Below, piece by piece: positions 57,701-64,000 of a stretch of DNA of 64,000 bases. Each line of letters begins with the position of its first letter. Positions within the stretch are counted from its first letter, which is position 1. Source of the stretch: Iphione sp. A-MEVVRFRX5. Taxonomy: Eukaryota. Where the stretch lies: the NCBI GenBank assembly GCA_976226885.1, contig OZ320315.1, positions 57,412,001 to 57,476,000 of the forward strand. The letters are read 5' to 3'. Position numbers and translations under genes: made by a program. The notes under the pieces are model-generated. The model was given only the letters and a program-made list of their open reading frames with translations. It searched no databases and was not told the origin of the DNA.

Positions 57701-59846
57701 CCCCCAGGAAGAAGGAGGACGGGACGCCCCCCCACCACGACCAGAGGTAGCCACGCCCGACGATATAGACCTGCCTGCTGGGGCGTCGCACTACAAGGGA
57801 CGCAGGCTGTTCCTGGACTCGGCCAGCCAGACGTCAACGGACGAGCCTCCCCCGCAGCTGCGGGTGGTCCTCCCCCGGGCATCGGCTGTGGAGCCGAGGA
57901 GTGAGGGACCGCCCGGGCTCGCCGGTACGGCGGGGACTCGCCAGGTGGGAGTACGGGCGACGTTTCGGGCCTCTCCCACGGCTCGGCCGGCCGGATTGTC
58001 CCCCCCCTGTCGCCTCCCTGGCATGGGCAGGGGTGCCCCCAGCAGCCGCGGAGAGCCCAGGCCGGGAACCCCGATGGGAGCGCCATCATGGGAGGACGAG
58101 GAGAGTCGGCTGGACGAACGCCTGGGCGTAGGCTGGGAACGACCGGTAGAGAGTGACGTGGTGGACCTGGTAACACCACCCGGGTCCGTCACACCATCGC
58201 CAGCCAAAAGACCGAGACTAAAGGGGGCCGCGGGGGCCGACCCGGCCGGGGAGCCCTTGACCGCGGGCCCGGCCGGGGCACACGGGTCCTCAAGCGAGGG
58301 ACAGACCCTCGGCGACGACGGTGAGGAGGACCAGGAGCTGGCGACTCTCTTCGAAGAAGAGTCATCGGAGGAGGAGCCGGAACCCCCCCCCGTCGACGTG
58401 GCCTCGCGCCCGTGCGGCTCGCCTGTGCCCGACGCCGCTCCCAAGGGTCTCCAGCCGGCCATGCCCGCCGAACCGAGGGCTCCTCCCGGGCCCGACAGCG
58501 CAACCGTAGCCGAAACCGCAGCCAGATCCCCGAGGAGTCTGCCGCCAGAAGCGGCCCCGACGTCGGTGGCGCGAAGGGAGGCGGAGGCGGAGAAGGGTCC
58601 CGATGGCGGCGCGAGACCCGACCCTACTGCCGCCGAGGGGGTCGACCCGACGTCCGACCTCACGACCAGCTCAGCCGCCGAGCCAGCCATCGCAGAGACG
58701 CCAGCGGAGAGTCCGCGGGGCGGGCTTACCACCCTGGGGCAGGGGGGTGAAGAGGTGACACCGGGCCCAGGGGGGGCACACGAACCCAGCGAGCCGGTGG
58801 GGGACGAGGTCGCCACAACGGAAGAAGCTGAGTTAGCCACCAGCCCCGCCGCCAACCCCACCACGGACCCAACCCCCGGGGGATTACCGACTGAAGGGCG
58901 CCGAGAAGACACTACCGAGGGGATGACGGGTCCAGAGCAGCCGGGAGAGCCGAGGGACCTGACGGAGGGGGGGCCTCGGCCCCCTCCACTTCATCTCCAG
59001 CTATTACCCCAGCCCGCGCGGGGGAGAGGGAACTGGTCCACAGGGCGGGCGCGAGGTAGAAGCACGTCCCCGAGGCCAGGGACGACTCGACCGGAAGGGC
59101 CCCGACGGAAGCAAGGCGGAGCCGGCGTGCCTGTGACGGCTGGAGGGGGCACAGAGGGCCGCGGTCGAGGGCCCCTTTTTGCGTCCACCCCAGGAACCTC
59201 CGGAGGCGAGGGAAGAGCGAGCCCTCGCGGAGTGGCCCCCGTCCGGCCTTGGGAGGACCCGACTACAACAGCTGCGCCAGGAGGTCGTCCGCGCGGGCCG
59301 ACACCGGGCCCTGGCCGCGGAGCACGCCCCCCGTCGGGCCCCTCCCTGGCGCTGGGGCCGCCAGCGCTCCCCGGTCCGGAAGGGTGGGGGACACGGCCAC
59401 GCTTCCCCCCGGGCCCATCTGCTCCTCCCAGCGTGCCTTGGCCGGGCCGGCCGGCCCCCGGAACCGGGGCACCACTGCAGGATGTGTCGGGTTCGTCGGG
59501 AGCGGAAGAGGAGGTTCCGGCCGCCGTATACGTCTGGGCGGCAGCACGCTTGGTGTCGCCGGAGTCCACCCTACCACCCGGGTGGATGATTATCTCCAAT
59601 TCCTCGGCACTGGACGTGCAAGTGCTTACCGCCGGGCAAGTGAAGGTCGTCATCCGGCAGACCGTCACGTTCCGACGGCTCGGGGTGCCGATCCCAGGCA
59701 GCGAGCTGGCCACGTGGTATGCCAACTACGGGACGGTGCTAACGCGGGGCCGTCCAGTGCGGCTCCTGTCCACGTGGCGGGAGGAGCCCACCGCCGGGGG
59801 TAATGTAGAAGTCCACATTCGCGAATCATGGACAGTTTATCTCTGA
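51621..59846 (+). CDS. pol: Pol polyprotein PR-RT-RH-IN fused in frame to a zinc-finger accessory region (2741 aa open frame, -1 relative to gag)
   Basis: PR DTG 51918; RT YLDD 53154; RNase H DTDAS 53595; IN HHCC from 54273 and D/D(35)E at 54480/54660/54768; GPY/F-like WEGPW ~55185; C2H2 pair 56361-56525; stop only at 59844-59846. Confidence 0.95.
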   Translation: MLLLQGARALQAGLPGAESGRGRRRSGPVAAGKREAARPGSVGRAASDSVPSGLGPPLEAMVAAVEGETRRVLQGRRRTGCRGVLLEGEVGGQVVDWLVDTGASASLLSARSYRELQGVSLDPAGAQVFGVDGSALQVLGLVDCEVRFAGATLRVVAIVVEMEIPGLLGLDWLDRWAATVDTREATVTVCPGHREWAATLRASGSQEIPAGGIGWVQAKACQGGVDSLEGLTEADAQFESRSGLRVARALVRPQEGRVWVPVWNPGPQATRVFEGTRLAELSRVAAVLGPPEPPREQVEAEQEQAVEYLLGQLPAETTDPERQQIAAMLRCHREVFQTASGPLGRTPEVRHRIDTQGHPPIRQRARRLPPHKREAVRAEVDKMVRKGVLEPSTSPWASPLVLVQKKDGGLRFCIDYRKLNAVTKKDAFPLPRIDDTLDALQGSQYFSAIDLASGYWQVEMEPADAEKTAVCTPNGLYQFRVMPFGLCNAPSTFERLMESVLRGLVGTECLVYLDDVIVLGRSVEEMCTRLGTVFQRLEEAGLRVKASKCQLFQREVAYLGHRVSAEGVGVDPEKVRAVARWPRPRCVAELRSFLGLCSYYRSFVEGFATLAAPLHALAGAEQEFRWAPACQEAFEQLKARLSTTPILGYPTPVGQLLLDTDASDTGIGAVLSQLQEGRERVLAYASRTLTRPERNYCVTRKELLAVVFALRKFRCYVGGRAIDIRTDHDSLRWLCNFHEPQGQLARWLEEIFCHDLRITHRPGKRHGNADGLSRRECKQCGRRELESESAAAVGIAGVEGGPDVCQMQRAEPATAELIQALEGGEPPPGLRAGLTWEERQLRAEGPRLELRSGALVRLWEEEDRQRLPQTYVPRAIRKSLWQETHAGPVGGHLGPEKTGAALRRRWFWPGMSRDVARWSQCCQACQQRKGPGRRHRAHLQGRPVSEPWEVLAADILGPLPVTERGNRYILVVADHFSKWTEAFPLEEATAAATADIIVREVVCRFGPPRVLHSDQGRNFEAALFVEVLRLLGIEKSRTTPYHPQSDGVVERFNRTLGNMLGTLAEERRKDWDQALPFVMAAYRATPHNATGESPNQTLLHREVTLPVELRYGGPAPPLVDRGEYANRMAEEVRRAHEKVAEKLSRVAEQQKDWYNRGVRHQRYAEGDRVWLFTPARKKGISPKLQSWWEGPWTVEKALSEVVYRVSRGHRQRVVHADRLKIAHLDPQVTCGVQEAAAAQDEVQRVREEAAGPRDLTPTIGGAAAASLHIRGSAPGPVPPAAVPRGSTASLQAAPGEPQEVAPERHHSIHSVVIYATRVERQPDALTLANRKISPQGRCDKEEAAATQHLRSTRDSPQQHEVRNPPLVAAHMGDNRGNGRKPRWVSGEGRDAPLFFDEVCDKPVAAAEGTTWNRYSHGYLSSAARLACRAGVDCSRTIPLRRSGRRLARSSGVDAPLPLCGKLTDATPQLGCRDAAAASPGNAQRREDRRSTALSHPRGEIHDAAEADLAAPGPIQTRSAAAALVVPPLSGRADCASPEPHRRSNDMADLPEDVPPPGAESSDSESSGEEEPAAPEERRHRCSRCKSTFAQPSNLRRHLKDVHAPEGLGWLCPDPECEQQAFHRRTDWKRHLNGVHEPNDWALTVDLQYLRFWGLNPTYGEPRLCPADKMEMLQRARAREKKSREKEVRRAAGRLPTQRGASKRGGKKRGRSATLEEGSDSRTEGPPATTPGAATQQQQEPDAGPLAGQPEDQAGPPSAQPSTSTGTSTPSGPRAIGGTRKARRRRGASTRQRRDPPPSSSEEGALPSARAPGVVSRTVSSGPPDEEETMARDDDQSGSSCAGPPPPPATTRAPDPRGGVPPRPPGAEGATVALEGRGTDLPTGTPHRGPQTPPGPPPSSSSGRDSSTDEARRLVKEWAASARRGEGADRRAPGSPASTMPDPPPDSGRGGSDVSGQTTDRGTGTPDEADDVGTPSTAEPSPQEALGQGTGSAGAATGDSQGSGGSGPPPRLDQRLATRTYARSHRPFPQEEGGRDAPPPRPEVATPDDIDLPAGASHYKGRRLFLDSASQTSTDEPPPQLRVVLPRASAVEPRSEGPPGLAGTAGTRQVGVRATFRASPTARPAGLSPPCRLPGMGRGAPSSRGEPRPGTPMGAPSWEDEESRLDERLGVGWERPVESDVVDLVTPPGSVTPSPAKRPRLKGAAGADPAGEPLTAGPAGAHGSSSEGQTLGDDGEEDQELATLFEEESSEEEPEPPPVDVASRPCGSPVPDAAPKGLQPAMPAEPRAPPGPDSATVAETAARSPRSLPPEAAPTSVARREAEAEKGPDGGARPDPTAAEGVDPTSDLTTSSAAEPAIAETPAESPRGGLTTLGQGGEEVTPGPGGAHEPSEPVGDEVATTEEAELATSPAANPTTDPTPGGLPTEGRREDTTEGMTGPEQPGEPRDLTEGGPRPPPLHLQLLPQPARGRGNWSTGRARGRSTSPRPGTTRPEGPRRKQGGAGVPVTAGGGTEGRGRGPLFASTPGTSGGEGRASPRGVAPVRPWEDPTTTAAPGGRPRGPTPGPGRGARPPSGPSLALGPPALPGPEGWGTRPRFPPGPSAPPSVPWPGRPAPGTGAPLQDVSGSSGAEEEVPAAVYVWAAARLVSPESTLPPGWMIISNSSALDVQVLTAGQVKVVIRQTVTFRRLGVPIPGSELATWYANYGTVLTRGRPVRLLSTWREEPTAGGNVEVHIRESWTVYL
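51714..51757 (+). promoter_or_regulatory. Candidate -1 ribosomal frameshift signal
   Basis: G_GAA_AAC (51714-51720), 5-nt spacer, then a perfect 11-bp stem GCCGCCCGCCC (51726-51736) / GGGCGGGCGGC (51747-51757). Confidence 0.65.
56256..59846 (+). CDS. Putative separately expressed ORF3: tandem C2H2 zinc-finger protein, 1196 aa
   Basis: In-frame gacATGg at 56256; CSRC...HLKDVH and CPDPEC...WKRHLNGVH; basic KRGGKKRGR; long P/G/E/T-rich region; C-terminal hydrophobic/beta-like segment. Confidence 0.6.
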   Translation: MADLPEDVPPPGAESSDSESSGEEEPAAPEERRHRCSRCKSTFAQPSNLRRHLKDVHAPEGLGWLCPDPECEQQAFHRRTDWKRHLNGVHEPNDWALTVDLQYLRFWGLNPTYGEPRLCPADKMEMLQRARAREKKSREKEVRRAAGRLPTQRGASKRGGKKRGRSATLEEGSDSRTEGPPATTPGAATQQQQEPDAGPLAGQPEDQAGPPSAQPSTSTGTSTPSGPRAIGGTRKARRRRGASTRQRRDPPPSSSEEGALPSARAPGVVSRTVSSGPPDEEETMARDDDQSGSSCAGPPPPPATTRAPDPRGGVPPRPPGAEGATVALEGRGTDLPTGTPHRGPQTPPGPPPSSSSGRDSSTDEARRLVKEWAASARRGEGADRRAPGSPASTMPDPPPDSGRGGSDVSGQTTDRGTGTPDEADDVGTPSTAEPSPQEALGQGTGSAGAATGDSQGSGGSGPPPRLDQRLATRTYARSHRPFPQEEGGRDAPPPRPEVATPDDIDLPAGASHYKGRRLFLDSASQTSTDEPPPQLRVVLPRASAVEPRSEGPPGLAGTAGTRQVGVRATFRASPTARPAGLSPPCRLPGMGRGAPSSRGEPRPGTPMGAPSWEDEESRLDERLGVGWERPVESDVVDLVTPPGSVTPSPAKRPRLKGAAGADPAGEPLTAGPAGAHGSSSEGQTLGDDGEEDQELATLFEEESSEEEPEPPPVDVASRPCGSPVPDAAPKGLQPAMPAEPRAPPGPDSATVAETAARSPRSLPPEAAPTSVARREAEAEKGPDGGARPDPTAAEGVDPTSDLTTSSAAEPAIAETPAESPRGGLTTLGQGGEEVTPGPGGAHEPSEPVGDEVATTEEAELATSPAANPTTDPTPGGLPTEGRREDTTEGMTGPEQPGEPRDLTEGGPRPPPLHLQLLPQPARGRGNWSTGRARGRSTSPRPGTTRPEGPRRKQGGAGVPVTAGGGTEGRGRGPLFASTPGTSGGEGRASPRGVAPVRPWEDPTTTAAPGGRPRGPTPGPGRGARPPSGPSLALGPPALPGPEGWGTRPRFPPGPSAPPSVPWPGRPAPGTGAPLQDVSGSSGAEEEVPAAVYVWAAARLVSPESTLPPGWMIISNSSALDVQVLTAGQVKVVIRQTVTFRRLGVPIPGSELATWYANYGTVLTRGRPVRLLSTWREEPTAGGNVEVHIRESWTVYL

Positions 59847-59997
59847 TCCTGAGAAGTGGGCATTGCTGACGATTGGACTGCCCCTGGACTCGCGTGATTG
59901 TATCACCGGACTTGATCGCAGACCGCCCCCGGACTGAGCATGTTGTTAGTTACAAGTTACGGTTGGGGAGTGAGTTGCTTGGGGACAAGCAACCTCT

Positions 59998-60007
59998 AAG
60001 GGGAGGG
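59998..60007 (+). promoter_or_regulatory. Polypurine tract
   Basis: AAGGGGAGGG followed by TAA and the 3' LTR. Confidence 0.9.
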
Positions 60008-60010
60008 TAA

Positions 60011-60307
60011 TGTTGGAGCCACTGCGTGGCTGCGGCACCGCGGCACGCCAGAGGTGCTGCGGCACAGTGGATCAGTTGGCGGGGTGCAGCGGCATGCCCC
60101 CGTGCGGCACTCGAAGGGGTGCTGCGGAGTTTGAGGGGACAGTACCCGGATGCCAAGAGACTGGGGGTGGGTATATAAGGGAGTTGGCCCACCTGGGCAG
60201 TTCAGATTATCTCTGGTGCTCATGTTGAAGCTTACTATTTGTGCCTTACTGAATAAACCTCTTTACCTTAACTGGAGTCATGTCTTACTTGCGGAGCGGG
60301 CGTTACA
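60011..60307 (+). repeat. 3' LTR
   Basis: Direct repeat of 50033-50329, immediately after the PPT. Confidence 0.97.
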
Positions 60308-61100
60308 CTGGATTTCCTCACAGGCTATCGAGCGCCACACAAAAGATGCGACACCCTGCTTCCCTTGTCTGGCTGGGGACTTGAAGGTCCTGCAGCCATG
60401 AAGGGAGAGGCCAAGATGATGGCTAATCATCTCCTGGATCAGTAGGACATCTGGATCTTTCCTTCTGATGTAGTTCAGTAGAACATCGCAATGGCCGGAG
60501 AAGCCTCAGATGTTCCAGCTGACTACTGCAGTGCCTGGTCAGCATTGGTGAGAGACTCAGGCATTCTGCAGTTGCTGTGTCATGGGCTCCTACATAGAAT
60601 ACCTTCTGGGGTAGATGTAATAGTTGCCACTGGGGCAACATTCATCTGCCACCGGGAAGGGGTAGGTAGGGTTCTGTGGGTCATAAAATACTGCCATAGC
60701 CCTCCTGGGTGTTCTGCACTTGCGAGTCTTTTTGCGGACATTGATGAACCCATCCTCATTGTCTCCTTTTGGGGCCAACTGAGTCTGAGTCGACAGGTTG
60801 GTGGGGCCCTTGGGCTCGAGTTCCACCACTGAGTCGTTGATGGAGGACAGGGACGAGTCAAAGAAAAGCCTGGTCTGGCTGATCTGCGATGCACTTGAGG
60901 TGCCTGCTTTACCTGAGCAACTCACAATGGATGGGAGGGTGTTGCGGGCCGGCTGGAGGGTGTAAAAACAAAGTTTCAAAGGAATCAAGCAAGGTCATGT
61001 TGGTGAAGAAAATCACCAATAGCAGGAGAACGGTTAAAGATAGAAACTTGAGCTTTGTGGAAAATATGGGAGAGGGTTAGGGGAGTAAGTGTGTAAAATA
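60308..61100 (-). mobile_element. Same LINE, 5' part (ORF1 end and APE N-terminus)
   Basis: VVSWNI*G...PDVLLIQE (60430-60525) and GKQGVASFV (~60350). Removing the gypsy plus one CTGG restores the frame IACEEIQ|VTAKP. The 5' boundary is approximate. Confidence 0.8.
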
Positions 61101-61847
61101 TGAAAGGAATCCATTCAGTAGAAGTTGAGATATCATTGGTTTTGTTGTTGCATCATAAAGGTCATCGTAGCATCATAATTATTCATCGTAGAACATCGAG
61201 GATGAGTCCAATCGTCTGCAGGCCGGCACTTCTTTAAGATAAAAAAGAAATCTCAAAAAGTAAAAGTTAGTCGGTGGAAAAATGAGCTGGAAATGGAACT
61301 GGGGACGTCTCTTTCAGGCTTGAAGGGGTGTGTAGCTGCTGCTACTTCACCCCTAGTCATGACAGTCTTAGCTGGAAACTCCAGGGGAGTGCGTCAGCCT
61401 GTCGAGGTAGCACCTTGAGAGAAGCTCAAGGGGAGTTCATTCTGAAAACGAGTTATAGAGCAAACTGACATTTGGATTGTTTTTATGGGGCGATGAGTCT
61501 TCTCCCCTAAGGTTTGGTTATCTTGGCATGATGTTGGTTTCCTGTCATGTAGCTTCCTTCTGATCAGATTGTATGCTGTTGATCGTCATGATAAATTTTT
61601 TGTAGTCTGAAACTGTATATGCTGTTCTGTCATATTTGTATTCAATTGTTGTCTCTAACTATGCCACTGCACTTTGAACATTAATTTATTTTTGTTTCCA
61701 TAATTGTCCACTGAAAACTTTGTCTATGGTCGACAAAAAATGAAGCAATCAATCCAAAGATTGACTTCCTCCGGTGGGGAGTTACCTTAATAAATGATTA
61801 TGATTTATGATTTATCTTATACATCATTCCAATCATACCATTCATAG

Positions 61848-61957
61848 ATTCCTATTTGAGGTCCATACGTACACAATGGTACAGCAACAACAATGTATCT
61901 ATAGTTGTGAAGAGAGACGCCACCCGAGAACTGCATGTGTTGGCCTGCAAGATACCT
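61848..61957 (+). CDS. Candidate host exon, unknown product
   Basis: ttcatag| acceptor and cct|gtaagt donor; 110 nt, phase 1 to 0; SYLRSIRTQWYSNNNVSIVVKRDATRELHVLACKIP. Confidence 0.4.
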
Positions 61958-62968
61958 GTAAGTTCCATTTGTGTATGCAGAACATCACAGAAGTGAACAT
62001 CCGTGGGTCCCGGGTTAGCTGGCTCCATTTATGTAGAGGTTTCTTTCTTAAATGTCTCCCATTTCCAATCCAATTAAGGAATTAACAATAAAGGCATATT
62101 TCACAGATGTTTACACTACCTGTGCAAATTGTTGCCTGAAGGTAGATCTAACTCTCTGTAACGATAGAACTTCAAAACAAAAACACTGTGTAGGCAAAAT
62201 GGCAGGTCAACAGCACTGTATCAACAAGTTAAAGAGTGTCCATGGTCAGTATTGTCTCCCAACACCCTTCCTACCGTGTTTTGCATTCAGTCTTACACCT
62301 TGATGTAAAAAGGAAAAATTGCATTTCAGGGAACATTGGCCCAGTCAGAAGATGGTGACCATTTGAAGATAGCAACCCTCCGCATGATTCCATTGGTTCC
62401 ACTGTCTGGTATAATGCCTATGTTGTCCACATTATCTAAGAATATGATAAGATCATGTGCGAATTTTCAAAGGCACGTAGTGTCGGAAAGGATATATACT
62501 TTAGCTATGATCACAGGACGGCTAATGATATACGGGTACATTCCATTCAGTCATTAACCTTTTTCGTTCAATGAAAACTATGTAATAAATATAAATTGTT
62601 TTCTCATTCTAGCCCTCACTGAATTATAGGTGTCCATTTGATAAATCTTTGCCAGATTTAGGGACACGTTTGCGCTGCATTAATACAGTCGACGTTAACC
62701 AAACTCAAGTAAACACCCAAAAAGTAATGACACCAATAGGGCAGATTCTGATCAGGTTTTGCCTGATGTCTTTACATAATAATTCCAATGCCAATCCGTT
62801 TGTGGTAATAAATAGCAGTTACGCGACATATCCGACATAGAAAGACCCGAAATCCGTAGATAAACCATCAACATTTTCCAATCGTTTACCCCTGTGGTAG
62901 TTATCCAGAGTCAACTAGGTTATATACGAAGGCTTACATACAGGTACCGATATACTCCTACTTGAAAG

Positions 62969-63490
62969 TACGTCCTTCGGACAATATGCTCAAATGCTGT
63001 GTAATGATGGAAGGCATTTCATCCTCAAAGTGCAAATCGCACAAACAAATGGAGAACCGGATCCTCGTATGTGTGTTAGCTTTTTGGAGTAACAAACGTG
63101 TTGTTTACATAAATCTTGGAAACGTATTTCGCTGCATATCAACTTTGGCGCCACATGAATTACACCTTTCGTCAGAACCTGCTTCGAAGTTGATACCATA
63201 GAAGTTTCATTCCACATTAATTTGATACTGAGGTACCGATAATCTGAAGCCTTGTGACATCATGAGTGGATTGAGCTATCACATTTCCAAACAAAGTCAA
63301 CGGATAAACTAGCTCTCACCTTAAGGAAAAACATCTGTAACAACTGGCTGAATTCGAATAGTCAGGCCGCAAGTAGATTTGTGATACAAGTACAATTGTC
63401 TCTCCCCTAGCATATATAGAAATATATTTGTTTGGTACCGTTAAAATCTGGTCTTTGTTGCCGTCGTCTTCCCCGTGGTTTGGTCTTAAA
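62969..63490 (+). CDS. Two candidate host exons (62969-63066, 63411-63490), unknown product
   Basis: Donors |gtatgt and |gtgagt; acceptor tctcccctag|; phases join to TSFGQYAQMLCNDGRHFILKVQIAQTNGEPDPPYIEIYLFGTVKIWSLLPSSSPWFGLK. Confidence 0.35.
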
Positions 63491-64000
63491 GTGAGTGTCG
63501 ACTGTATAGTCACACCTCAGTTGTCTAGACCTCAGCATCAGGAATACCCCACTATTTTGATAGAATGCACAGCAAACAATCTTTTCCCTGTTCACCTCTG
63601 TTGACCTTATCTGGATTTGTTACCATCTGAAAGAACGGATACCGAGTGTATCGGGAAAATAAGGTTTGACTGGACATATGCAATTTGTATGAAGCTGGGG
63701 AAAGATGTGTATTTCTCACTAAATATTCTTCATAATTTAGTACTTGGTGAAATTTTCGAAACAAAAGAAAATGTTACAGCTACTAGACACTCTGAAGATA
63801 AATCCTTACTGGTACCCAAGCCAAGAACTGTTCTATTGAAAAAAATCATTATTTTGTTCTGCAATTCAATATTGGGACGATATGAATGTGATTTATAGAA
63901 ATAATAATGATTTATAACAGAGTTTGGAGTATTTTGTAGGTTTAATTCTGTGGAATATCACAGATATTGATTAAATGTCTTAGTTCTTGAGTTATTTCCA

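Larger units (their letters stand above)
50033..60307 (+). mobile_element. Intact, very young Ty3/gypsy LTR retrotransposon (10275 bp) with extended Pol-ZnF ORF
   Basis: Two 297-bp TG..CA LTRs with no difference seen by eye; 4-bp CTGG TSD (50029-50032, 60308-60311); PBS; PPT; uninterrupted gag and pol. Confidence 0.98.

Noticed and set aside
50300-59800. Numerous overlapping alternative-frame and antisense ORFs inside the young gypsy (for example 57791-58912, 373 aa)
   Set aside because: Expected from very high GC content and few stop codons; the translations are low-complexity shadows of the main frame with no motifs.
56256-59846. ORF3 as an envelope (env) gene
   Set aside because: No signal peptide, furin site with fusion peptide, or transmembrane helix; zinc fingers and a basic patch indicate a nuclear protein instead.
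59985-59996. Small hairpin GTTGCTT-GGGGAC-AAGCAAC just before the PPT
   Set aside because: Short stem-loops ahead of the PPT are common in gypsy elements; not considered novel.

Overview
Eukaryotic (metazoan, probably marine invertebrate) genomic DNA, AT-rich and mostly nested transposon debris. Host coding sequence is limited. A clean five-exon chain (1817-4046, + strand) encodes an ALK-type MAM domain. Several weaker candidate exons lie at 4.6-10.6 kb and 61.8-63.5 kb, and no kinase exons were found. The dominant feature is a very young, GC-rich Ty3/gypsy LTR retrotransposon (50033-60307) with apparently identical 297-bp LTRs, a CTGG target-site duplication, a tRNA-Leu PBS and a PPT. It is inserted into the endonuclease of a decayed RNase H-bearing LINE. 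Its pol frame stays open about 1500 codons past integrase (2741 aa) and adds a tandem C2H2 zinc-finger pair, a basic patch, a long disordered region and an unrecognised C-terminal domain. The element also carries dense clusters of a CCGCAG/GCGGCAC motif in U3, in 5' gag and in the post-integrase spacer, plus a candidate internal TATA box and splice sites. An older, decayed gypsy (22.7-29.0 kb) has a similar zinc-finger ORF behind a splice acceptor. Together these suggest a gypsy lineage with a self-encoded DNA-binding regulator and cognate sites (a hypothesis). Also present: a DIRS/Ngaro-like gag ending in a UGA-CGG readthrough context, a deleted Crypton recombinase, several CR1/L2-group LINE remnants, an ORF1 plus SGNH-esterase remnant, MITEs, tRNA-derived SINEs and tandem repeats. 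All calls were made by eye; no database searches were run.
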